From: Ascidiella aspersa
Taxonomy: Eukaryota
Direction: 5' to 3'
Assembly (NCBI GenBank): GCA_963924565.1
Contig: OZ004611.1
Location: forward strand, 22,692,001 to 22,756,000
DNA: 64,000 nucleotides
Both the position numbers and the translations under genes were made by a program. The notes below the pieces were generated by a model. It was given only the letters and a program-made list of their open reading frames with translations, searched no databases and was not told where the DNA came from. Positions 39,501 through 51,243 of this stretch are shown here, piece after piece (positions within the stretch are counted from its first letter, which is position 1; every line of letters begins with the position of its first letter).

Positions 39501-40326
39501 TCTAACTAATTTTTCACTCGGTTAGAGAGCCGCAAAATGTTCAGCTGAGCCGCATGCGGCTCTGAGAGCCGCGGTTGAGAATCACTGCTGTAGAGTCAGG
39601 ACCGGACTCAAGACTCGACGAAATCGCACATTTGACCGGAGTCGGACTCGGGTTATTTTTAACCGACTCCGCAGCCCTGCTTTAGATTATCAGAAACCCA
39701 GGGCTCATTTGTTTTTGTGCTTTTCAGAAAGCGAAAAGATTGTACAAGAAGCGTTGGACCGTGCCAGAGAAGGTAGAACTTGTGTGGTAATCGCACATCG
39801 ATTGTCGACGATACGTAATGCCAACAAGATCGCCGTCATCTCACAAGGTAATGTTGCTTTTCTCAACAGATTTTAAAATAATGCAATGTAGACTAAATTA
39901 CCAAATTGTCTACCAAGGGCGAAATTAAATCATACATGCTTTCCTGTACCCTACCTACTGTACCTCGCACCCGTGTCAAATAAATCGTACCGTTATAGGA
40001 GGCGTGTATCTCAACTTTGAACAAACGTTTCGTTATATAACTAAACCTATTTTATTTAGTTTTTTTTCATTTGTTGAACCTTGATTAATTATATTTACTA
40101 ATATTGTTATAGGCTAACCGACAATCTTACGTACACACATTAAACTATATCAATACACAATGTAGGCCTGCTTGTTTTTCCACAACCAATCCGCATATCT
40201 TACAATTATAAAACAGTGTTTTCCTCCTTTTTAGGTCAAGTCATTGAGCAAGGGACGCACGATGAACTTATGGACTTAGAGGGCGCATATTACAAGCTCA
40301 TCACCACGAATGCTTCCCTCAGTTGA
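15579..40326 (+). CDS. ABCB11: ABCB11 (bile salt export pump)-like full ABC transporter, ~1399 aa, 32 coding exons
   Basis: Exons: 15579-15681, 17128-17167, 17679-17729, 18254-18344, 18587-18680, 19362-19500, 20447-20534, 20820-20953, 21469-21640, 23394-23518, 25256-25433, 25748-25861, 26330-26440, 26548-26673, 27930-28133, 28935-29105, 29601-29762, 30205-30289, 30598-30676, 31315-31453, 31980-32150, 32941-33045, 33302-33463, 34255-34458, 35197-35297, 35704-35844, 36259-36415, 36899-37096, 37770-37976, 38420-38555, 39728-39847, 40235-40326. These total 4200 nt with consistent phases; the first three exons are less certain. Walker A motifs are GPSGMGKST and GQSGCGKST. Segments closer to ABCB11 than ABCB1: [69 protein letters not shown]. 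Confidence 0.9.
15837..16070. mobile_element. MITE with internal (GACTT/AAGTC)n arrays
   Basis: Termini cagggttgta / cacgacactg with perfect 8-bp TSD gaaatttg (15829-15836, 16071-16078). Further family members lie at ~30815-31222, 37995-38210, 53085-53472, 54440-54554, 61190-61380, 62175-62481 and 63353-63530. Confidence 0.8.
16716..16959. mobile_element. TAGGG-terminal MITE
   Basis: Inverted termini tagggttaccat / atggcagcccta. Confidence 0.55.
17769..18030. mobile_element. hAT MITE (ttcaccc family)
   Basis: Termini cagagcttcttaa / ttaagaaacactg; repeated ttcaccc motifs; degenerate TSD ctttaggc/ctataaac. Confidence 0.65.
18880..19260. mobile_element. Partial MITE with CGATAC/GTATCG repeats
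   Basis: Clustered ccgata/gtatcg motifs ending in tatcggacaacccta. A similar end (cggacaaccct) occurs at ~36736. Confidence 0.45.
19522..19774. repeat. Two-copy ~120-bp intronic tandem duplication
   Basis: acgagactag.taacagta...ggacgca...ttcaataaa...cgatcttattt..caagtagggaag.aaac.gtttacga occurs twice. Confidence 0.8.
23737..24873. mobile_element. Non-autonomous hAT element, 1137 bp
   Basis: Perfect TIR caggggcgtgcaacct / aggttgcacgcccctg; perfect TSD atttaaac (23729-23736, 24874-24881). Contains a further hAT-like end cagtggtcggcaaact at 23831. Confidence 0.92.
26954..27028 (+). other. 75-nt intronic stem-loop
   Basis: taatacgcatgaattcacatggccttcc pairs with ggaaggccatatgaatttgtgcgtatta, plus an inner G.U-rich helix. 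Confidence 0.6.
38849..39679. mobile_element. GGAGTCGG-repeat hAT-like MITE hosting a nested MITE
   Basis: Right end ccgactccgcagccctg; TSD ctttaaat/ctttagat (7/8). Homologous to the ~511-660 and ~37130-37365 copies. Confidence 0.7.
39160..39587. mobile_element. hAT MITE (gagccgc family), 428 bp, nested
   Basis: Perfect TIR cagtgattctcaacc / ggttgagaatcactg; perfect TSD ctgtagag (39152-39159, 39588-39595). Confidence 0.92.
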
Positions 40327-40504
40327 GCATGGAAATTCGTTATAATTGCAAAGCAACTGACTTGTATGTGCCCATCTTTTGTGGTGCTACAGCAGAGTAG
40401 CCAACACAATTTTGACTTTCGTGTGTATGGAGAGATCTACCTTAAAGTATTATTTTGTTAAAGCAATTTATTTAAGATTTGAAGCGTGTCACCTAATATA
40501 GGAA

Positions 40505-40510
40505 AATAAA
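40505..40510 (+). terminator. Candidate polyadenylation signal of ABCB11-like gene
   Basis: AATAAA ~180 nt after the stop codon. An alternative lies at 40837-40842. Confidence 0.35.
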
Positions 40511-41877
40511 CATTGCTTGCAATTGACTATAAGGCCTACTTCTGTTACCAATATTTTTTCACTTAAAGGCATTTTAACAGCTTCAACCATTAGCTAATGT
40601 AAGATAGACCACTTTGTAAAATTACACTTGTATATGGTCCGCTTAATGGTGTTATATTATAAATACATTTTAATGTGCTTTTCCAATGTGCCAATTAAGT
40701 TGTAACGTGGTGTTTGTTTTTAATTTGCATTTTTTATTGAACGCTTACAATCTTCAACAATTGCATGATTCTTTTAATTGTTTGTAGTCGCTTTGCGCAG
40801 TTCATTATAATTTATGTGTTAATTTATTTGTGTCCTAATAAACTTGCCAAAAGAAGTTTAGCTTTGTATCAATAATGGCTTTGTGCTGAACTGTACTAGG
40901 ACAACTAGAAAGCCATTTAAATTAAATTAGAATTGCAATTAGTCAAACACGTAGAATTGAAATTCTTCGCAAACTTGAGTCAGCTAAGGCTCAATACTTT
41001 CCACTGTTTGGTGGTAATTAATCTTCAGTCGCGAAAATTCAGAAGTAACCTTATTGCAGACGCTCAGTTAGTAGTGTTAATACAGAAATTGTGAAAAGTC
41101 CAATACTACTCAGCTAGGACCAAAGAAAAACTTTAAAGAGTCGTTTTTTAAAAACGTTTTACGCCAACGCTAGACGCGTCTAGTGTAAACCAGTTGAGTA
41201 TTCAAAAAGTACCATACGGTAGTTACCCTAAATTGAAGTGTTATATAACAAAAATATTTGTTCACTTATATAAGTTAAACCTTGACTAAAACAATATTTA
41301 AACAAGATCTGCCTCCAAATTAAGACAGTAAAAATAATCAAGGTGTAAAGCAGGCGCATATATTTAATATTGCCGTGCAACAAAAACGTTAAGTTTCTTA
41401 ACAACTTCCCAAACCAGTGATTACTGCGTTCTGTGTAGTCATGGATTCAGGATATTTGCACATGACGTTGCATCCTGCCGCAGAATGACGCTGCATTTGA
41501 AAAGTAGTCTGTCTTGATTTGTTGTTTAAAAGTACACAGACAGCAGAATATGTGTTCAACGTCTGTTTGCTTAACACGAGTTTTTACCTTCTATTTAATC
41601 TTTTTTACCGGCCCGCTTTTGCTAATCCGGTCAGCAACTGACCAGCGCTATATCAATTCAAGCAATGCGAAATATGTCAGTACTGGTTAGAAAGTTAGGC
41701 TTGCTCAGGGGATTCAGTTTGTAATCTGGGAGTCCCGTCAGTCAACTAGTACGGTGGTCAGTAGTCGCCCCCTTAAAAAAAATATGTGTACCACTAACCA
41801 GGCTGTTGTTTTATTTACTACGTATCTTAAGGATAAGAACAATTAGCTCTTACTAATAACCGACAATATTCTGAAAA

Positions 41878-43062
41878 ATGTTGAAAAGGTTTACTGACGG
41901 ATTTTCAAAGCACACTATTAGCTACGTGAAAGCTAATAACAGTGTTGTGGCTTCAAGTTGCTGTTACAGCAGTTCATCCAACAAGCCAAAAACAGGGGTT
42001 TTGCTGCTAAACATGGGAGGTCCCGAAACGGTAGATGGCGTGTATAGTTTTCTCCTCAATTTATTTTCAGATCCTGACCTGTTACCGTTGCCAGCAAGGA
42101 ATCGGCTGGCACCTTTTATTGCCGGCAGGCGAACCCCCAAAATTCAGGAACAGTACAAAGAGATAGGTGGCGGCTCACCAATTAAGTATTGGACTGATCT
42201 GCAAGGAAGCGAAATGGCCAAGATCCTTGATCAGATTTCGCCCAAAACTGCACCCCACAAACACTATATTGGCTTTAGGTATGTGCCCACGCTAACGGAA
42301 GATGCCATTGATCAAATGCTCAAAGATGGAGTTGAGAGGGCCATTGCGTTCACCCAATATCCGCAGTACAGTTGCTCCACCACTGGAAGCAGCCTTAATG
42401 CTATTTCGAGACACTACAGAAAGCAGAAGTTGAGCCTTGCCGAAATGAAGTGGAGTGTTATCGACAGATGGCCGACCCACCCAGGATTGGTTGACGCATT
42501 TGCCGAACGTACGCAATCGGGCCTGCTAAAGTTCCCTGAAGAGGTCAGAAAAGATGTGGTCATCCTGTTTTCTGCCCACTCACTTCCAATGAAAGTGGTC
42601 AACCGGGGTGACCCCTACCCTGCTGAGGTAGCGGCCACTGTAAGCCGGGTGATGAACAAACTCGGCCATAGCCACCCTTACCGATTAGTATGGCAATCTA
42701 AGGTGGGACCCCTACCTTGGCTCGGAGCTCAAACCGATGAAGCCATCACAGGACTAAGCTCAAAGGGTTTTAAAAACCTTCTCCTGGTGCCAATTGCCTT
42801 CACTAGCGATCACATAGAAACCTTGTTCGAACTCGACAAAGAATACATGGGAGAGCTTGCTGAAAAATGCAAAGTTGAAAACATCCACAGGGCTGACTCG
42901 CTGAATGACAGCCCCATTTTTATCAAGGCAATGGCTGATTGTGTGAAAGAACACATTGATTCAAATGATGTCTGCACCAAACAGCTTTCTCTGAGATGCC
43001 CGCTTTGTACAAATGAATCCTGTGCCCACATGAGAAAATTCTTTATAAAGGGTCAAATCTAA
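41878..43062 (+). CDS. FECH: Mitochondrial ferrochelatase (protoporphyrin IX iron chelatase), single-exon CDS, 394 aa
   Basis: [67 protein letters not shown]-terminal CPLCTNESC plus YSCS gives the animal [2Fe-2S] ligands. The N-terminus is a Ser/basic presequence. Confidence 0.97.
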   Translation: MLKRFTDGFSKHTISYVKANNSVVASSCCYSSSSNKPKTGVLLLNMGGPETVDGVYSFLLNLFSDPDLLPLPARNRLAPFIAGRRTPKIQEQYKEIGGGSPIKYWTDLQGSEMAKILDQISPKTAPHKHYIGFRYVPTLTEDAIDQMLKDGVERAIAFTQYPQYSCSTTGSSLNAISRHYRKQKLSLAEMKWSVIDRWPTHPGLVDAFAERTQSGLLKFPEEVRKDVVILFSAHSLPMKVVNRGDPYPAEVAATVSRVMNKLGHSHPYRLVWQSKVGPLPWLGAQTDEAITGLSSKGFKNLLLVPIAFTSDHIETLFELDKEYMGELAEKCKVENIHRADSLNDSPIFIKAMADCVKEHIDSNDVCTKQLSLRCPLCTNESCAHMRKFFIKGQI

Positions 43063-43959
43063 GCTTTTTAACTGCTCAACAGAAATTGTATTGTATATGG
43101 GAAAACTTTCATACTTTGTTATCAAAACTGCATTTGGGGTATTTGACAATCATATCTATATTTACGTATTTTTTTTTAAATGTTGTTTTGCATATTATGG
43201 CCTTTGTCTACACAACATGCAAAAATTAATGCTATGCAAAACAAATATGTAGCAATCAGAAGGGCTTTATGTAGTAGTTTTCTAAACATTTTTTGCCTTC
43301 ATGAACACTGTTTAGAATTAACATGTAAAACTATGTTCTGAAATTGGGTTTACCATTTGTTAACATGGAATGCATTACTGTAAATATATACCCAACTTAT
43401 TTTGTACATGTACATGTCTGTTATTAGAAATATATCAGCCTAGTGTGAGTGAAACAAAAGTGGTACTTTGATTGCACACCTTTTTATTTAAAATATTTGG
43501 AATTTATTTTATCCTGTAAATATGTGTTCCAGTATTTCTACTCAACATCTGGCTTATTCCATGGAATGTAAATATCCTTATATATCACTTGCAAATTATG
43601 CTGTTCACTGAAAGCCATCGCAGACTTAACCGAATTAGTCGAACAGTACTTGCAAGCATTAGCATATGTTTGTTTCTTGACTTCTCCTCTGTGGGCATGT
43701 GTGGCTCCGTTGGTGGAGCGACGGTCCCCGGTTGGCCTGCCTTGCTTGCATTATTGATTGGCAGATTCGGTTAGTCTGCAATGGTTTTCAGTGTACTAAT
43801 GATATGTAAGCCGTCATTGTTGGTCAAGAAGCAGCTTTAGAAGGCCTAGATCACATGTTAAACACATATGTTTCTGAATCTTTTGTTGCATTATGCTTTT
43901 TATAAACTGCAAATACTAAATAATGATTACCAAACTTTCACTTCGGTGAATTTTGTGCA

Positions 43960-45870
43960 ATGTTTAGTAACACTGCTAGTTGTAATTGTTAATAGCTGTG
44001 ATGGACCTGCACTCCTGCAAGTGCCGCTTGTTGTTAATACCTAGCCACGGCCAAAAGCAGTTGATGGAGGTAGGGATTTGGTTGCTTAGTATTTAGAGTT
44101 ATGCTTTACCAATTCATATGTTTGAAAATTAAATGAATGAAATAAAAACCTGAAAAAAAAATAATTTGTACTATACAAAAAAAATCAAGCAAAAATTCAC
44201 CTTATTTTATACAAAACATACAAAAAAGACAGTCTGCAGTTAATGTTAACAGTTTATGTATACCAAGGGTAAAATATAAATGCAACAAATATATCTTAAG
44301 TAATTTAGGCTCAATTTCCCTTTTCCTAACAAAACTATTCTAAACATACAGCCCTGTTTGCTGAAAAGCGTGTCACAAGCATTTTTATACAAATTAAAAT
44401 ACAATTGCAGCATGGAGTGCCCTCCAATCCAGCCTATCAGTCCTGATGCAGTAGTGGCAGGCTGCACACAATGTGAGGTGGACCAGTGTGATGGCACAGT
44501 GGGCTTTGGAGGTTCCCCCGATGAAAATGGGGAAACCACATTTGATGCTATGATCATGGATAGGTATAATGAATTGTTTTTTTATTTGTACGTGCATTTT
44601 GTCATTCATATCCCAACTAATAAATAAAACTGATCATTTTCTACATATTTTATGTCATCTAATGCAGTGGTTCTTAACCATTTCACGGCTTTATCTTTAG
44701 GGGTGTTTTACGCTATCTGAGTACCACCGGTTCAAAAAATTTATTAATCGTCATTGAAGGCTGTATGCAATAGAATTTACATTATAGATTGAAAAATGTG
44801 GCAAAGATGAAATATAAACAACTGTGTACAATATTACACTTGCATAATTTTTTTTAACTCTGCATACAACTAGAAAGCTGTTCCACAAGAAAAGTTAATC
44901 ACTGATTGAGAACCATTGAACCAATGTATATTTCCTAAACTGAAAAATAAACTAGGTCAATTTTATTTTGTCTTATTCTTCATACACGTTTTAACATTTT
45001 CTGTAACTTATCTGGTGTTCTAATAAAGTTAAACTTTGAAAAGCTTGGCAAGTTTTTGGGATGTCGCAATACTTAATAATGTCTGGTTCTAAACATCTTT
45101 ATATTGTTTGTAGCACAACAATGGATGTTGGAAGTGTAGGATGTCTGTGAAAAGTAAAGAATGCCATTGTAGTTGCAAGAAGGGTTTTGGAGACCACAGA
45201 GCACACCTTGTTTGTTGTAGATCTGGCCACACAAATTGCAATGGAAATGGAATTTAAAGAGGAATCATTAAGTACAAATAGCTCTCAGAATGTAATGGCA
45301 AAACTTTTTTGAATTGTTTCATACCAAGCGTTTTTTTTTAATATTTAAAAAAAAATATATAATTTTTGGTTAGAACTTAAAAGCGTTCCCTAAATCAACA
45401 TTTTTTTGTTACATTACCTTTAAACCATTTGACACTGAGTCTAAAACTTGTGTGTAATAGATTTGCAATTATTCAAAATTAAGTTAAGAATATACAATAA
45501 AGCTTTTAAAAATAATTAATAACTATAATTTTTCCAACGTTAGAATACACCTATTCCTAATATATGTGTAAACACATTTAGTTGTGAGTTGTCAAATCTA
45601 TACGAAAAAAATAGCAGGTAAACATTGCAATTTCTGTTTGTCGTGTGTTTACAGACGTGGAAGACCTGGCAAGCAAACGACTACCAGCCTAATTTCCGCG
45701 CAAACGCAAAGTCGGGGGAGCTAAAGATCTCATGCGGAACCTACTTCCCTAAATATGCTCGTCAGGTGAATCACACCCCTTCAACTTCGCTGGACATCAA
45801 CCACAACAGCCACGACACAGTCGGGATGATTGCTAATAATAGCGATAGCAATCGCAATGTCAGGGCCGGC
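43960..45870 (+). pseudogene. AGA: Unprocessed partial AGA pseudogene (exons 1-4 of 7)
   Basis: Exon remnants 43960-44069, 44411-44563, 45114-45291 and 45655-~45870 align to the intact copy. Lesions: TGG->TAG (44042-44044), a 1-nt deletion in exon 2 (~44440), CGA->TGA (45148-45150), and truncation after HDTVGMIA..VRAG. Confidence 0.9.
44665..44918. mobile_element. Degenerate hAT MITE in pseudogene intron 2
   Basis: Termini cagtggttcttaacc / gattgagaaccattg; TSD atctaatg/aaccaatg (6/8). Confidence 0.6.
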
Positions 45871-48141
45871 AGACTGCATCGTCATTTATTTGCAGCAACT
45901 GCGGCTAGCGTGGTACATCCGTTACATTGAACAGTTGGTTTCAGTTTTTACTAGCGTATACTTCTTGATTTCTTTTGTTTTATGTTTTTAGATACTGATG
46001 GTACTTTTACGAGCGAAATATATATATATATCATAAAACATTCAAACAAACTGATTTTCGTTTTACTAAGTGCTGTATTTAGTTTAATTCGTTAGTTGCA
46101 CGATTTTCTTTCGTTGTTCGCCGTTAACTGTACTCGTTTACTTTGTTTGAGTCGAAAAGCTTACCTATTTTGTGCAACAACCGTCTAGGTGGGCACTTTT
46201 ATAGTTTAGAATTTATTTGCACCGCAGAAAAATGTCCAGGTGATACACAAAGTCAGTTTTTGTTGTTTTTTTATATCGAAAATGAGTGATTATTATGTAC
46301 AAAGTCGCAACAAGCTCTAGCATTTTGCATGCTTTTTTCTCTTTTGCATAATTTTTTTATATTTTGCAGTATCTCATATTAATGAATGTGTAGCAAGAAA
46401 AAGTTATAAACTATTGCTTTTTGTTATTACACGAAATGTTGTAAACTTTTTTATCAAAAATGTGTGTCTATTATGTGCAAAGTCAGCTTGGCAACAAGCA
46501 ACGAAAGTTCACATGTCTAAAAAATGTGTATTTTGCAGACTCCAAATTTAACGACTGTGTGAAAAAAATTGTTTGAAACCACTGCCTAATATTATTACAC
46601 GAAGTGTGTTTATTCGTTTATCTTCAAAAAACGTGAACCACTGTATATATTTAATATTCATCACCATATTATTACACGAATGTACTTTACCTTCCTCACA
46701 ACAACCATATTTTTTTGTTTTTAGTGCTATATTGTTTGTGCCTGCCTAATGCGCTTATCTCACCGCTTCATAGCACTTTGCACTTTTTATAGTCTATGCA
46801 CCCATAAACCAACGATTGAACTTTGTCTGTAGCGCTTGCATCGCTGAAAAAAATGTATACATGTTTTGTGCTTTGTACTGTTTAATTTTTTAAAAAGACG
46901 AAAACTGTCGGGTGATATTTTACATTTTTAATAAAGTAACAGCAAAAAGCCTCCTTTTTGTCAATTAGGTTGCCACAGTCGTTGAAACTGTTTTAAAATC
47001 ACGATTTTCGACCAGACTATATAATCATAAGGTTTACGTCAATTTCGCCCAGCGGAGGGTTTTGCCTTTGCCCTAAACTAAAGCAACCGCCCTTTTTGTT
47101 AATGCAGTAAAATAAACTAACCCTCAGTTTCATTTCATCTTTGCCCAGCAAGGATAGAAGATAAAATAACCAATATGAGAAAGTTTGCTCTTTGTGCGAA
47201 ATATTTTCCTACACTCGAAATCTTTGTTTTCAACTTGCGCTCAAGGGACTATTCGAAAAAAAGATGCTACTTCGAAAGAGTTGCACGATTTAAAGAATAG
47301 GAAATAAAATGTGGTTTATACCGGGAAGAGATGTACTGTAATTTTGCAGACATAATACCTAATGAAGCACAATATTTCAACCCGTGGGAATATAAGGTAA
47401 ACGGTCAGGATACGGAATAAAAACCTTTTTTAATAGTTTTTTTAGGTTTGGCGAGATTTTTCAAAGTTTTTTAGGTGCGGTAAGATGTTTTTTTAATTCT
47501 TTTCGAGTGCCGCAAGCTAAAAATGTTTCAGAGTTACTGGCATAAATCTCCCCCGAACTTAATGATTTTTTACAGAGCCGGTTCAAACTTTCGGCTTTTT
47601 TATCATATTTTTTTTAGGACGACACCATGTTACGCCTTAACCTGACGTCATAATAAGTAAATTTAGGAAATTGCCGTTCTCGGTCAAACTTCTGCGCAAG
47701 TGTGGAAAAGACGACGCGAAAAACTGCGTTTATCAGGTGAAATTTCCAAACTTTGTATTTAAAGGATTCATCAGGGCCTCCTTGGGCATCAGGGCCGCTA
47801 CTACGTCAGATGGGACCCCTTTTCAGTGAGAATAACGAGCACAGCATGTTGACAGTCGGTTCGTTGCTTCGCGAGCAGAACACACGAGCTAATATTAACA
47901 AATCGCGTATTGGATATATTGCTACCGCTAGGTAGGACCAAATTGCCATAAAGAAGCAAAACGATGACGCCACACTACTTTGTTTTTTGGACACCAATTA
48001 GAGCAGTGGTTCCCAACCTTTTTGTCTTGGTGACCCCCTTTAAAATTTTTCTTAGATACCGCGAGCCCCACTTATATCCTTTCCTAAATGCATAATTAGA
48101 AAGGCAGCACTAAAAATGTTTTTCTTGCATTTATTGACAAA

Positions 48142-49915
48142 TCAATGCGATGGTTGACCTTGTAGGTCTGCAGCTAACCGTGAAAATCGAGGTTGGGTGC
48201 TAGACAGAGCCAGTCTCATGTCGTCTTCCACATTCATTCTATTTCTTTCCTTCGTTTTCATATGTAGAAGAGCTGAAAAACCACTCTCGCATAGATACGT
48301 CGCAGCGAAGGGCAGTAACACTTGAAAAGCCAGCTTAGAAATTTGTGGCTATGAATCATACATTTCACACCAAAATTGAGAGAGTGACTTTTCATGGTAG
48401 CGAATTCGAGCAGATGAGTCATTCTTAAGATCAAAATATTGATCTTGGATTTCATCAGGAATGCCACTTGCATCCAAAGAAACGGAAAACGGATTTTGAA
48501 CAAGTGTAGCTTCTTGCTCTTGGAGTTCTGGAAAGTAACGTTGGAACTCGGACTCCATGGTCTGCAGGTGTGCCACAATCAATTTTTTTAAATCTTCGAA
48601 CTCTTCACCCGTTTCTTCGATGCAAGAAACACTGGACATTCTGTCAAACATAGCAATGTTCCCAATATGCACTTTTCGCTGCCAGTTTTTCAATTTTGAG
48701 ACAAACATTATCATTGAGTTGTATAATATTTGTGTCTTTCCCTTGAAGTTTCAGATTTAGGCAGTTCAATTTTTCAAATATGTCCGCCAAATAAGCCAGG
48801 CAGTTCATCCACTTATCATCATTGAAGTATGACAAAAATTCCCTTTTATTTTTAAATTCTAAAAATGCCTGAAACTCAACCTTCATCTCATAAACGCGAT
48901 TAAGAACGTTCCCTTTGGAGAACCAACGAACAGCTGTGTAGAAAAGCAACGTTTCGTGTGTTGAGTTCATATCCTTGAAAAGTTCTTTAAACTGACGTAA
49001 GCTGAGACCTCCTGCTTTGATAAAATTTACGATTTTCACCACAGAATTCAATACATCTTTTAGTTGAGCTGGTAATGTTTTGCTGGCAAGCGCATATCTA
49101 TGGATGAAACAGTGCGTTCCCTTTGCTTCAGGTGCAAGCCCCTTAACTTGTGTTTGAAAGCCAGACTGCGATCCCAACATAGAAGGGGCGCCATCGGTAC
49201 AAACTCCACAAACATTTGTCCAATCAAGTTGGACAGATTCAAAAAAAGTTGTCATCTTCTTCATAACATCTGCACTTTTTGTAGTAGTTTCCAGCTCACT
49301 GCAGAAAAGAAATTCCTCTTTGAAGTCACCGGAATTGATATACTTGACAAAAACGAGAAGCTGAGCACATGAGCTAACATCTGTTGTCTCGTCTACCTGA
49401 ATTGAAAACATCGGAGAAGCCTTGATCTCCTGTATCACTTGCACTGTTACATCTTTGGACATATCCGATATGCGTCTCTTGATGGTATTGTTAGAAAGAG
49501 AGACTTGTTTAACTTTCGCCGCACTTGCATTCCCGAGAACCAGCTTTACTGTTTTTAAAAAGCATGGCTTCACAAGTGTTTCCCCAATAGTGTGAGGTTT
49601 CTTTCCTTTGGCAATTTCCAGTGCGACTTCATAGGACGCCCGAAGTACAGCCACATTTACCTGATGAAAGTTTCCAGTAGCATCAAGCCGTTGCCGCTTG
49701 AGACCAGCTTCATGGCGCTTAAAGAATGCTGCATCCTTTTTAGCATGTTGAGGGTGCTTGGTTTCCAAATGGCGTTTCAATTTTGATGGTTTCAATGATT
49801 CTGCGCTAAGAACAACGTTGCAGAGAACACACTGTGGCTTCTCAACACCATTGGTCAATAAAGAAGTAAAGCCGAGGTTAATGTACTCTTCAATGTATTT
49901 TCGTTTTTTCTCCAT
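48142..49915 (-). pseudogene. Disabled hAT (Buster/ZBED8/FAM200-like) transposase
   Basis: BED finger CVLC..HLETKH, IQVDETTD, VCTDGAP, HCFIH, VRW and YLCESGFS (DDE plus hATC). There is a frameshift near 48715 and an in-frame TAG at 48349-48351 (DS*PQ). The natural end GQPSH* is at 48142, followed by AATAAA on the minus strand (48130-48135). Confidence 0.9.
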
Positions 49916-50039
49916 CGAACGATGCTCCCTTAACTATTTTTTAGCAATCTCGAGTCTTGGCTGATCTCTGTTGTCTAATATACAAGGCTACTTTGTTAAG
50001 AAAGTTTCAATTTACAGTGACTGAACGCTTAGTCCTACA

Positions 50040-50120
50040 CAGTATGCGTTCACTGTGATGTAATAAACGTTACTGTAGGACCTACAGTCATATTTATTAC
50101 ATCACAGTGGACGCATACTG
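50040..50120. repeat. 81-bp near-perfect palindrome in the transposon 5' region
   Basis: cagtatgcgttcactgtgatgtaataaacgttactgtagg-a-cctacagtcatatttattacatcacagtggacgcatactg: 40-bp arms, 36 Watson-Crick pairs. Confidence 0.85.
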
Positions 50121-50933
50121 GATGAGTGACACACAACAAGGCACATTCTACTAGCGGACCGGTACCTCGCCCTACTTACATTCACTTTTGTTGTTGCATG
50201 AGCAACAGCTTCGCGACCCCCTATGAAATGCTCTGCGACCCCCAGGTTGGGAACCACTGAATTAGAGGCTGCTAGGGGAACATACTATTTAAACCTGCAA
50301 ATCGCACCTACATACCATCTACGTCATGTTTGGAAATTAAAAAATTATACGATGTCTACTTTTATAGCGGCAAAAACAAGATATGTCCCGAAAATATTTT
50401 TTCGGCTTATATAACTTTGAAAAATAAAAATGTACTCGAAAGTGTAATGATTGTTTGCAATTCGTGCAAACATTTTACGCAACTTCATTCAACCATGTAT
50501 GTGATGGCAAGCTGAATTATGTTCTTTATTTAGCTGAGATGCCTTTAAACTGGCGCAGCCAGAAAACACAAAGCTGTAACCAAATTCTGTTTACTGCCGC
50601 GTACGGATTGCCGTGATTGAAGCGCTTAAAAATATTCAAAGTTTAAAACTAATTCGCAATCACGTTTCTAGACTTGCATGTGCTACTACAAAACCAATAA
50701 ACGATTTTTTTGCGCTTTACATAATTGCATAGCAGCTTGTTAGAACGGCACGCCTTAACTTAAGATTACTTGTATAATGACGTAACTTGTGAAGTCATAC
50801 TCATTGCTGATTTTTTTATGACATCCCCAAATAAAAATCTTAGCTTAGTCCCTGTGATTATCATACAGACACTCTGTTTAAAATTGTGATGCAACTTGCT
50901 TGCATGACAATCAAGGTTTTCAATACTGTGCAA

Positions 50934-51130
50934 CAGTGCTTTTCAACCTTTTTGCTGGAGTGGAACCCTATGGAAACATTTTACTGGCTCGAGGAACCCC
51001 AGTGCAATAATTCCACTGGCTCGAGGAACCCCAGTGCAATCAATTAGCTACACAATTTAGAAGTGGCAGAACCCCTGGCCTGTACTAGCGGAACCCTTAG
51101 GTTCCGCGGAACCCTGGTTGAAAACCACTG
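50934..51130. mobile_element. hAT MITE (ggaaccc family) just upstream of AGA
   Basis: TIR cagtgcttttcaacc / ggttgaaaaccactg; TSD ctgtgcaa/ctgtacag (6/8); internal repeat actggctcgaggaaccccagtgcaat x2. Confidence 0.8.
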
Positions 51131-51243
51131 CTGTACAGTATGACATATGAATGTATATACCATTTGAGTTTTGTTGTTTTGAAAATGCAGATACTAACAA
51201 GTCAAAACACATTCAAAACCAGTGCTTTGGTGCTTTTTCCACA

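Larger units (their letters stand above)
48004..50259 (-). mobile_element. Full-length Buster/Charlie-type hAT DNA transposon, 2256 bp
   Basis: Perfect 16-bp TIR cagtggttcccaacct / aggttgggaaccactg; perfect TSD aattagag (47996-48003, 50260-50267); encloses a transposase. Confidence 0.96.

Noticed and set aside
15579-40326. Calling the transporter ABCB1/P-glycoprotein
   Set aside because: Several diagnostic segments ([25 protein letters not shown], non-Glu Walker B, GAYYKL.TT) match ABCB11 better.
41878-43062. Horizontal transfer or bacterial contamination of ferrochelatase
   Set aside because: It has an animal-type presequence, sequence motifs and C-terminal Fe-S cysteines.
45861-45870. cagggccggc as a transposon terminus
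   Set aside because: It aligns to tgtggccggt (V-A-G codons) of the intact AGA exon 4, and no matching inverted end was found.
48142-49915. Domesticated ZBED/SCAND3/FAM200 host gene
   Set aside because: Intact TIRs and TSD plus a frameshift and a stop indicate a transposon copy.
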